A stretch of DNA of 62,530 nucleotides, the filler included, from Sphacelaria rigidula (Eukaryota), in the NCBI GenBank assembly GCA_964200075.2. It is 8 parts of 8 records of this genome, joined end to end, with 100 filler letters (N's around TTAATTAATTAA, not from the genome) between each part and the next. Parts side by side here need not be neighbours in the genome. Positions count along the whole stretch, not along the records: positions 46,975 to 54,702 come from CAXNAA020013653.1; positions 54,803 to 62,530 come from CAXNAA020013654.1; 6 more parts are not named here. The stretch is one strand, 5' to 3'. The notes below the pieces were generated by a model. It saw nothing but the letters and a program-made list of their open reading frames with translations. It searched no databases and was not told the DNA's origin. The position numbers were made by a program, and so were the translations under genes. Positions within the stretch are counted from its first letter, which is position 1; each line of letters opens with the position of its first letter. Of the stretch, positions 52,890-62,530 are shown in pieces.

Positions 52890-53594
52890 TCATAGTGCTA
52901 GTAAATTCCTACGCTCGTGTTTGTACTCTGATGAAAGGCATCGAACAATACGCCTGTTCGCTTCACAGTCCGAGAAAACTACATCGAATTCTTCGCGCTT
53001 CTTGCGAATAAACTGGACCCGCGAGAGAAAGTTCATGGGCAGTTCATCGTCAGCCATCTGCAACGTTTGCCAGTCGTGTTCCAACTTGGCTTTTTCTGTA
53101 GCTTCTGGAATCCTGTAGTACTGGACGATATAATTCCATGCTTGACTTGGGTACGCAAGCATATCGATATGCCTTACCAAGGGGGGAAATGTTACCTTAT
53201 CAAGTATTATCCTCATAGCCCTTTTGGCTTTGTCGACTACTCCGTTTCCAAAACTTACTCGCAAATCCTCCTCATTCTCACGGTGTACCCTGATGGGGTT
53301 TTCAACTAGCGAAGCGTCATAGCAGTTTTCATCCTTGAAATAGGCACACGTCTGGATGTTAAATACCTCGAACCTATCCCTGACATTGGTAGATGTGGCC
53401 GCTTTTTCATCCCAAGGAAGGATGCTTTTGTTGCTGCGAATGCGATGGGAATTGGGGGTGTGAGGAGTGGGGAACGGTGCTTGCTGAGCTCTATTAGCAG
53501 GCATCACCGGTGTGCTGTTCATTGTCTGCTGTATCCTGTTCATCTGTTCAGTCAGAAATCTCACTTGCTTTTCCTTGGTGGGGTGCTCTTCCAT
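52890..53594 (-). CDS. Copia-type Gag (UBN2/Retrotran_gag_2-like); premature stop, frame continues to ~52200
   Basis: PSQAWNYIVQYY...EKAKLEHDWQTLQM...PMNFLSRVQ...RRIVRCLSSEY pattern typical of Copia gag. Confidence 0.8.
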   Translation of the reverse strand: MEEHPTKEKQVRFLTEQMNRIQQTMNSTPVMPANRAQQAPFPTPHTPNSHRIRSNKSILPWDEKAATSTNVRDRFEVFNIQTCAYFKDENCYDASLVENPIRVHRENEEDLRVSFGNGVVDKAKRAMRIILDKVTFPPLVRHIDMLAYPSQAWNYIVQYYRIPEATEKAKLEHDWQTLQMADDELPMNFLSRVQFIRKKREEFDVVFSDCEANRRIVRCLSSEYKHERRNLLAL

Positions 53595-54257
53595 ATTAAA
53601 ACCTAGTCAAACTATCAGCCTTGCTCAAGCTGTACTCAAACCTGAAGACCCTCACGCCTCTCTCTCAAATATTCCTTGACTCAAACTCTCCCCTTGCTCA
53701 AACTCTCCTCTTGCTCGAACTCTCTCCAATCTCAAACCCTTCTGCACCGGCGGTAACTCTTGCGCTAGCGTAATCGACCGCTCTGATGGGGGGTAAGCGT
53801 TCACACAACTCAAGTGCGTGAACAGCAGTCAGCATCTTGGCTCTGGTAAATAGCAGTAGTTATATATAGTTCTGAAACATGTCTTTATTATCTCTTCACC
53901 TCGTTGACTCCTTCAGACTTCACCCCATCTCATTCAGTCGCACAATTACACACGCTGAATATCCCTCACTCGGTACCACACACACTGACTCACCACATAC
54001 ACTTATATAGACCCCCAGAGCAAGGCAGACAGTTGGCACCCGAACCAAGAACGAAGATGGACTGATCGAAGTGGGCGATGGGCAACCAGGTTGCTTGCAC
54101 TGCACACGTGACTGTACTCGCATAATCTACGTCATTAGACATTATTCCTCTGATTGGTTACCAAATCCTCCGCAATTGCAACATGGTGCATACTATTCGT
54201 ACCGCACTGTATCCCACATCAACCTCGTTCATGGGAGAGCGTGAGCATAATCAATTA

Positions 54258-54535
54258 GATTGTTCACTTTTGGTACATTTGAACAAATTTTTGACCCCCA
54301 AACAGGGAAAATCGGCAACACACATCTTGGACACTTTGCATCATCCCACAGAGAGGAGCCCAATCTGCTTTTCAGATTCGCTTGGCTCCGAGGTTTCGAG
54401 TTGGCCGCTAAACAAAATTTCGTGCCCAAAAATTGTGCCTGCCGACCCCCGCCAGTTTGGCGTCGAAAATTGGCTCAAATGTACCAAAAGTGAACAATCC
54501 GTGGGCCAAAAATATTTTTGCCATAACATCCGCCC
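54258..54535. mobile_element. Host MITE split by the LTR element (remaining left TIR part at ~47670-47709)
   Basis: The reverse complement of the right TIR (tcaaatgtaccaaaagtgaacaatccgtgggccaaaa) equals ttttggcccacg + gattg + ttcacttttggtacatttga, i.e. the two flanks joined. Confidence 0.85.
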
Positions 54536-55964
54536 TCAACTGCCAAGATTCCCGCATACAAAAACCATACGCACCGCATGTATCTTTCGACAGTTTACCA
54601 GGGTTTAGTGCTGTATTTTCAGTACAAATCAAGGGTTATTTTGCTTGTGGATTTCTCCGCCGTGTCCGTTGTAACCAGCCTGAAACTTGGCACAGAGGTA
54701 GANNNNNNNNNNNNNNNNNNNNNNNNNNNNNNNNNNNNNNNNNNNNTTAATTAATTAANNNNNNNNNNNNNNNNNNNNNNNNNNNNNNNNNNNNNNNNNN
54801 NNAGCTTTTAATCCTGCGGGTTCTCATCCTCAATGAAAAGCACCATCCTCAACATAGATGATCGGCTGTTTGGTACTTGGGGCGACATCCCGGTACAGAC
54901 AGTCCCATCACTTCCGGGACGGCCGTGCAAACAGGCCGGCAGCCGAAATGGCCGTTGCACTGATGTTCTTCTAGCGTTATCAACTCGGAGTACGGTCGCA
55001 CAGGCTTTGCATGCGATTATTTCACGGTTGAGACAAATCATCACCACTCAGAATCACCAAATTCACGATTTCTTCGGCCTGATTGCCCCAAAAGGGAGAA
55101 AAAAGTTGGTCGCTGGTCCAAAGGGTATCCACGCAACTTTTGCGCCATTCCACTTGTCTAGGCTGCGTGTAGCTGGGTTGCAACGCTGAAATAAAGCCCA
55201 GGGATTGATTCGTCACGAATCGACTCATGATACTAAAACCAAGTAATTTCCAGACGAATCATCATTTATCCGACCCTTGGAATATTTCGGTGATAACCTC
55301 ACTTCCACTTCGGCCATGTGCTGTGGATTATTTCACGATCTCACCGACTGATCTGTATGGAAATGTATTACACCCTAGACAGGAGTTTTCTACAGTCAGT
55401 ATACGATTTAAAAATATGTACTGTGCACAGTATAGAAGCTATTGCCTTATCGATGTGCACAGTACTCGTACAAAAGTGGGAACTGCGCGCAGTGTGACTC
55501 TAAGACAGTGTAGAAATCAACACGCGGTATGAATTGTTACAGCCGGCTTGCGCCCCATAGCGGCTGTGCTACCATACAGCTCCGCTCAAGATACAGGCAG
55601 GAACTATAGCAGAAGAGGCGACCTATTACTCTTGCGTGCGCCACCAAGGGCGAATGCACACTCAGCTGCAACACAGACAGCATGCAGTACCATATATATA
55701 TATATATATACTGTACTGTATACAAGTGTGATTTGAAATCCGTGCCCGCGGGGTTGGGCTAGCATTTAGAAACTCCTGCACGAGTTCGCCGTGTACTACT
55801 ACAGAGACGCGACCTTATTTCAGTAGCAATCACTTGCGATGTGTGCTGTGATGGGTTTCGTCCGTGTTTTTTTTCCCACCTCCGCACACCACCTGTGAAG
55901 CCAGCTTTTCATGCTGGAAGTGTCCACCGCTTTTCCAGCCACTCTTGGTCTGAGACAAATAAAA

Positions 55965-56868
55965 CTGGAGAATGTGACAGTATCTAACAGTGGACCCTCG
56001 AAATTGGGGTTAAAAAAAATGAGGTTCAACTCAAAAGCCGTGCTTTCTGTGACCAAAATATATGACAAATGACTTTCATATGGACCACCCCATACCTTAA
56101 TATCTAGCCTTCTATTCCCCCAAAGGGTATGTGCGAAAGCACATTTTTGCCTCGGTTTCGGGGGGGGAAAGGACGTTTTTTGTCCCCAAAATCGTGCATT
56201 CGCACATACCCCTCGGGGAAACGGGAAGGCTAGAAATCGCTCGAAATAGTCCTACCGTCGAGGCCAATTGTTATATAGACGGGATAGCCAATGCACTGGC
56301 TGGGGTCTCTCAGTATGAATGCCAGGAGATACCATGGTGCCAACCAACCAAGCTCCCACGTGGGCAACTTCACACAGACCTAGCTATCCATCCTTGACTA
56401 CCACAGAGTAGGTTCATCCATGTTCAGACTGTTGACTCGGAACTCACGTGTTTGCTTGGCATCATGTTATATCTACAAGCCTCTCTTACCCAGCATAGCC
56501 GGGGCGCAGCCATAGGAGCAGAGCGTAGTGATGGCCCAGGGTAAAGATCAAGGCAGGCCGGTAACTGATTAGATGGGTCAACGCCCTGTGGCGGAGCTGG
56601 AACAATCTCAACTAGTGACAATAGCAAACGCGATGACAACGCGTCACGGAACTCAGGGTCTACGAGCAGACCCGCGCAGCGTACATCTTGCAACGCCTCC
56701 GACCTTCGTCACATTTAGGGAGGTCGGGAGGGATGGGGTGGTCCATATACAAGCCATTTGTCATATATTTGGGTCAGAGAGAGGACGGTTTTTGAGTTGA
56801 ACCTCATTTTTGTTCAACCCCATTTTCGAGAATCCACTTTTATCTACTGAGGGGTACATATTCTCCCA
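55965..56868. mobile_element. TIR element with ~130-bp inverted arms
   Basis: aaaatgaggttcaactcaaaagccgt...atatatgacaaatg...atatggaccacccc pairs with ggggtggtccatat...catttgtcatatat...acggtttttgagttgaacctcatttt. Confidence 0.75.
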
Positions 56869-58241
56869 CACGACTGGCTCCATAATAATATGAAAAAGGA
56901 ATGACACTGGTATATTGTCGACTTGCCTCACCACCGGGAGGCCCGTATACCAACCTCCTGATACCAACCTCCTGAATGTGAACCTTGTATACATATATAT
57001 GGGATGGCACTCACAGCAAGACTTAGTTGAACACGTCGACAATCGAGCTGGTCAACCCCTTAAAACAGCCGATCATCGAAGTCGAGGACAGAGCTTTTCA
57101 TCGAGGATAAGAACCCAAGCTGCATTTCGACGAGGGATATGTTTCAACTGGTGAGGACCTGCCTCAGCACTTTTCTTTTCGATAAGAAAAATGGGGCGGT
57201 GGAATCGATCTGAGCGAAAAAATCTCGTTTTGATGCAGTTGGGTGCAGCAGATGGATTTTCAAGCTTTCGATCGAAAAAATACAGTAGAATTCGTGAAAC
57301 GGTACATTGTCTGTACTGTTTGCACTGCTTGCAAGTAGGGTGTCTTGGGTGCGTGTGCGCGGGTTTCGTGCACGAGGAGATGAAGGGGGAGCGGACAACG
57401 TGCAGTGCAGACTGTCCATAAGCGTGCACGCAACTCGGTTGCCCGCCGTACCACGCAGTTCCGTCCCTGATGCCTACCATGAGAGAAGATGCGCAACTTT
57501 TCGCCCAGAAAAAAGAAACAAAGCACACCCAACTACTGTAGTGTATCTTATCTATCCCTGTGCTCAACTCGGGCTCTATGCTGCGGGGTTGCGGTGGTAG
57601 CTGAGAATGAGATGGATGGAGTTGGCATGGTCCTGTGAACAGGTGTTACTGGCGTGGTGGTCTGTAAAATAGGAGTCAAGTGCCGCTTCGTGCCTTTCGA
57701 CCGCATGCTTTCGATCGAAAACGATTGTTTTTTCCCTCGTTGCATTCTTCTCCGCGCGCCGCTGATAATGATGATTTTGAGTGAAAGCCTTCAAGGAACA
57801 TGAATGCGGTGGACCTATGAGATCGGCCAAAAATAATTCGATCGCACTTTTCGATCGAAAAAAAAAAAGGTAAGGCAGGCCCTGAAAACAATTCCATGGA
57901 AAATGATAGTGGTACACTGCAACTGCCCGTGCGTGCTGTGTAAAAGACTTGGGCCCACGACCCATACCCAAATCGAACCATGCTTGCTTTCACGCATGCA
58001 CATATGGGTGGTGTAGGTTCACGGTTTGTGCTGTTCAAGTCCGCTGGTTCCAGACTGCAGAGGAATTCGTCACATGCGTCAACTCACTGCTCACGTTCGG
58101 AGTGGTTTAGGATGTCGATATGCACGTCTATCATGCGACCACGGCTGAACCCATGGGTGATCACTTAAAGTGCGACAATTAAATCAAAAAGAGAAAGTAT
58201 GCGATATGCCCGCATACCCTGCCATATGTCAACTATAAAAA

Positions 58242-59395
58242 GTGATGCGTATTAGGACCGCGCGCTTTTTGGACCACATTGAAAATTCAACACCCCAGAA
58301 CGGACGTGTCGGGATGATCGCACGGACCTCATAAATGCGGGGAGCGCCTCCTGAGAAAATCTGGGCCGCACATTCATCGAGCCAGGGGTAGTAAGCCAGG
58401 TGAGGTGACGGGAGAGACACGACGGCGACGCAGTGTACCTTGAAAGGGAGAAGAGCGAGGATCTCCAAACTATAAAATTCAGGCACCCGTGACTCGCGTG
58501 GGAGTCACTTTCGACTGTGGATTGTGGTGGGAAAACATTGGCACCGGTGTATTTTGGGGAAGTGTCGGCGCCTCCACGTCGACATGACCACATCGACGGA
58601 CTGATGCTCGGCACCAACAGGTACCAGATGCCCGAACGACCGTACTGCTTGGTACTTATATGTACCAGATACCGAAACGGCAAATCTGCTCGGTACTTGG
58701 AGGTACTGAACTGTGATTTGCACGCGGTCCATTTTGTCATTGAAGGCAGCTTTAACGTGAACACGCAAGTCAAGACAAAGAACCTTGATCTTCTCCTCCG
58801 CGGAGATGGCATCGCAGTAACTTGGTCTTGACTTCTGTGTTTATGTTCAAGCTGCTTGAACGAAAGAGTGGATCGCGTGCAAACCACATGTCAGTACCTC
58901 CAAGTACCTAGCAGACATGTCGTCTCGGTATCTGGTCGCTGTCAGTACCGAGTAGATGGATCGTCTAGGCATCTGGTCCCTGTTCGTATCGAGCATCATC
59001 AGTTCGTCGATGCGGTAATGATGTGCTAGGCGACGACACCTGCCTAAAATACACCACCGGTGCCGTTTCTTCCCCACCACAATCCACGTGCGAGAGTGCA
59101 TCCCACTCGGGTTACGGGTGCCTGATTTTTATCTTTTGGAAATCCCCGCTCTCCTCCCTTGAGAGGCACACTGCGTCGGTGTTGTGTCGCTCCAGCCACG
59201 TCGCCTGACTTCGCTACCGCTGGCTCGATAGATGGGCGGCGCAGTTTTTCTCGGGGTGCGGTCCTTGCATTTACGGGGGCCGTGCGGTCCTGTGGCAGGT
59301 AAGGGACCCCTCCTGGTTGGGGACGCATAATTTCTTCACGTCAGTCCTGGGGTATTCAATTTCTGATGCGGTCCAAAAGGCACGCAGTCCTACTA
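58242..59395. mobile_element. Foldback element with ~500-bp diverged inverted arms
   Basis: About 58250-58725 is the reverse complement of about 58868-59392, e.g. gtggattgtggtggg / cccaccacaatccac. Confidence 0.85.
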
Positions 59396-59445
59396 CCGTA
59401 AGTTTCCGCGCAAGTACATCGCTACACACTGCACTTCGTCTATGG

Positions 59446-59906
59446 TGTAATGCGTGGGAGGACGGCGTGCTTTTTGGACCGTATCGGAGGTTTGAACATC
59501 CCAATGGTTGGGATAAGGGATAGCATTGGGGTTAGGCTGAGGGGCGTGGTGTAATGCGTGAGAGGACCGCCTGTTTAGAGGCCGCATAGTAGCTCTAAAC
59601 ACAAAACAATAATACTATGTGCACCCGTGTGCACCATCAATCTGGACCCTCGGATAATGGCAATGCACGTGCGGCTGGTCTGTCTGTGCCGCATGACCGC
59701 CCCCGACCGTGGTGACTCGGATCACACTTTGTTCAATAGGAGCCAGCACAACCAAAGTGGAATACAGTCAAGTGTTGGGGTTAGGGTTATGGTCAGGGGG
59801 GTGGTACCTGCAGGGACTGGTCCGATTGGTTTTGAAAAACGTCGATCCTGAGGTGGTTTGAACTATGGCGCGGTCCTCTAAGCACGCGATCCTCTCACGC
59901 ATTACA
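59446..59906. mobile_element. Nested/partial TGTAATGCG-TIR MITEs with TTAGGG-like tracts
   Basis: Left TIRs at 59446 and 59550; right TIR ends cgcattaca at 59906; the 3' half is nearly identical to 40455-40585. Confidence 0.8.
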
Positions 59907-60799
59907 CATTGTACCCTCTCAACCGCGGAAACGATGATGATTTTAGTCGAACGTGCAACACAGACAAAACGGTTGCGGCGATCATTTCGTATGGCACATA
60001 CTGGCGGTGGGTCCATGGGTACGGGCCGAATTTCATAACGCAAAGACTAATTTCAAGTAATTTAAATTAAATTATTACCAGTCCTTCTACGTTTCATAAC
60101 GCATTTCATAACGCAAATTTGATTTCAGTATTGACTCCGTCATACTCGTGTTTACCGGCCTTCTGCCGCGCGCAGCCGCATCACACGACCGTGCTGCGGA
60201 TATATGGTATCCAGGACAACAACGACCTCACAAGGAGTGCTTTGTCTTCCTGTATACGGGTTGATGCACCAAACATTCGCTATGAGCATCATTGTGCCTG
60301 CCGTATGGTCGTGGTGGCCGGGGTTGGCGTCGCAGTCTCCATCTGCGCCCCACTTACTCCTCCTCCTGTACCTTCCACGCCTTTGGATACGGGGCGGGTG
60401 TAAGATAAGATGGTGCTGTCGTCGTCATTGTGCGTTGTTTCGTGCTCCCGGACGGCACGACCCCGAGAAAAGGGTTGTACCGGCATCAATGCTGCTGGCT
60501 CCCTATTGTTGGCCGTCGTGCTTTTGTTCTTGATAGCTGGTGGTGCTGATCGGTGCCGTACAGACAGTACAGTACTCACGCGATGCCCACCGCCTCGCCA
60601 GGGTCGGCGCATATTGCGGGAAAGATACAGTCGGTGCCGCGGCAGAAATTATTCAGAGATGCAATGGTGAAGACGACGAAGCACTATACACATCGAACAT
60701 AGGACAGCTAACATTAACAGGTATCTCTCCTGCGTGTGCGACCCCGTGTGCTAGAGCACCGCCCCCTTTCGAAGGTGTGCCGTAAGCTTGATTCATTAA

Positions 60800-61143
60800 G
60801 GTGATATGGTGCTTTCGAAAATATCAAAATATCATCGATACCTGTATTTTCCTGTTTTTTTGTCCTTTATTATCTTCTCTCTTTTTCTTTCGGTGTACAC
60901 TTCTGACAGATCTGGCGTTTGTCGTTTGCTTGTTTTTTCCTTCTTTCTTTTCTCTTCCCGTTGAACTCGGGGGAGCTACTTCTCACCGGTTTTCGTGGCG
61001 TCGTTCTCCTTATTTTTTCTTTATTTTGGTAATGTGCCTGGTAAGGAATAGCGGGGACGGTATTGGAAAGGCGAGCCCACGTCTGTGACCACGGGTTCGC
61101 GAAATCGGACTAATGTGCGGAAATAATAATAATTATTATTATC
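60800..61143 (+). mobile_element. LINE/SINE 3' region ending in an (AAT)n tail
   Basis: T-rich tract followed by the same terminus as 23489-23558. Confidence 0.65.
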
Positions 61144-61774
61144 ATTAGACCGTACTGGTTTGGGCTGTAGCCAGCTGGCGGAGGGATATGAAGCCCAGAA
61201 TAAGCCTCAGCATGAAAAGACGCGAAAAATTTCACCTTGTCGATCACTCTGCGGTACATGAGGCTTAAGTAGCGCACGTATGTATACAATAACACAGAAA
61301 TCCTGGGTTGAATCTCTTCGAGAATCGTGGACGACAACAACAACAAAAATAGCTGATTTGAGTTTAATTAATTCATAACGACCCGTTCCCATGAACTCGG
61401 TGCCGTATATATTCGACGGTTGGGGATTATAATCCCCCGGAAGAAAGGACAGTCACGGGGCATGGCACCCGATAGCACAGGTATGTTCTTAGTCTCTCAT
61501 GGCCTTCGCCGTTGTAGAAACTGTCTGGTAAAGTAGGCACCAAAGATACTTCTTTCGTATGGCCTACAGGGGGTTCCGTCGCCGTGCGGGGACTGACCTT
61601 ACCCGGTGTATCCCGGAAACTATCGGCGTCGCTGAATGTCCTGCAATGGCACGACTCTGCAGGTGGGAAGCACGGGATAGTCAACCACGAAGACTCGGGC
61701 CTGACTGAGCCCGGAGTGCACCGCGGTCTCCGCCACGATAAGAAGAAGGTGATTGCCTCAAGTATACGTGAGTA

Positions 61775-62240
61775 GGGTTGTGAACACGGCATATTACAAA
61801 TTGGGGATGGATCTTTTATTATTGGGGATGAGAAAACTGGAGAATCAAAAACTTCGTGTATCCACACCAAATCTTGGAAATATTGTTCCATTTCTTCACC
61901 TACCGATAGCTATTGACAAGTGCCACACACAATAGAAATTTGGATATCCATAGCCGCAATATTGGGGTCCTAGATGAAGAGGCAATTTCGAGGAATCCTC
62001 GGTGTCCGAACAGACGCCAAAATGGTTCCGAAAGATTGTTTTTTGACGTGGGACCCCAAAATTTCGGTCATCGAGATCCAAAATTCCGTGATATGTAGCA
62101 GTAGTCAAAAGCTATCAGTAGGTGACGAAATTGAACCACATTTCGAAGATTTGGTGTGGATTCGAATACTTTAATTCCCAAGGTTTCTTATCCCCAATAA
62201 AAGATCCATCCCCAATTCGTAAGATCCCGTGTAGTAACTG
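61775..62240. mobile_element. Foldback/MITE with ~200-bp inverted arms
   Basis: aattggggatggatcttttatt...tccacaccaaatctt...cacctaccgatagct pairs with agctatcagtaggtg...aagatttggtgtgga...aataaaagatccatccccaatt. Confidence 0.8.
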
Positions 62241-62530
62241 CGCGTGTGTGCGGGCGGGGGTGCAGGAGGTGAGGCGACGGGGTCTGGTTGGAGGAGCTGA
62301 TGGGACAGGAACATCAACACCCATTGAATGCGCATCGAAAGAAAATGACAATACAGAGCATTGAAGCACGTCTCTAGTCGAACCTGGAATCAACAACAGA
62401 AAAAGCATCCTAATCCTTACACACCCCGGACAATAGACGGCATCCATTGCGATAGCAATAGAATCTGCTACAGTAGATGCCAATATTGTCGTCCGTAACG
62501 GCCATCGGTCGGCAAGTTCATCTTTCTACT

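Larger units (their letters stand above)
47710..54257 (-). mobile_element. Full-length non-autonomous Copia-type LTR retrotransposon (gag + protease only); LTRs 47710-48742 (with two MITE insertions) and 53771-54257; 5-bp TSD GATTG
   Basis: ~487-bp direct repeats; gattg at 47705-47709 and 54258-54262; polypurine tract AGGGGGGC next to the 3' LTR; Copia gag ORF 52890-53594; protease WTADSGTTHHIT; no integrase or RT motifs seen. Confidence 0.88.

Overview
Eukaryotic, intron- and transposon-rich DNA, most likely a brown alga or related stramenopile (inferred from intron style, repeat types and TTAGGG tracts). The window is not one locus. It is eight unrelated ~7.73-kb contigs sorted by length and joined by an artificial 100-nt spacer (N44-TTAATTAATTAA-N44), so adjacency across spacers has no biological meaning. 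Host genes: the 3' six exons of a GH36 raffinose synthase/seed-imbibition family gene (16015-20719, +), the 3' six exons of an L-arginine amidinotransferase (AGAT/GATM family, 23957-28446, +), and the first exon of a secreted protein (8052-8342, -). Most other recognisable sequence is mobile DNA. This includes a DIRS-like tyrosine-recombinase retroelement with an ALOG-type domain, a Ty3/gypsy pol whose integrase ends in a chromodomain-like plus a PWWP/Tudor-like module, and a complete gag-protease-only Copia-type LTR element with non-canonical TAAT...ATTA LTR ends and an internal inversion. There are also two LINE families, several MITE families (some confirmed against empty sites) and long foldback elements. 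All family assignments are from motif recognition, not database searches.
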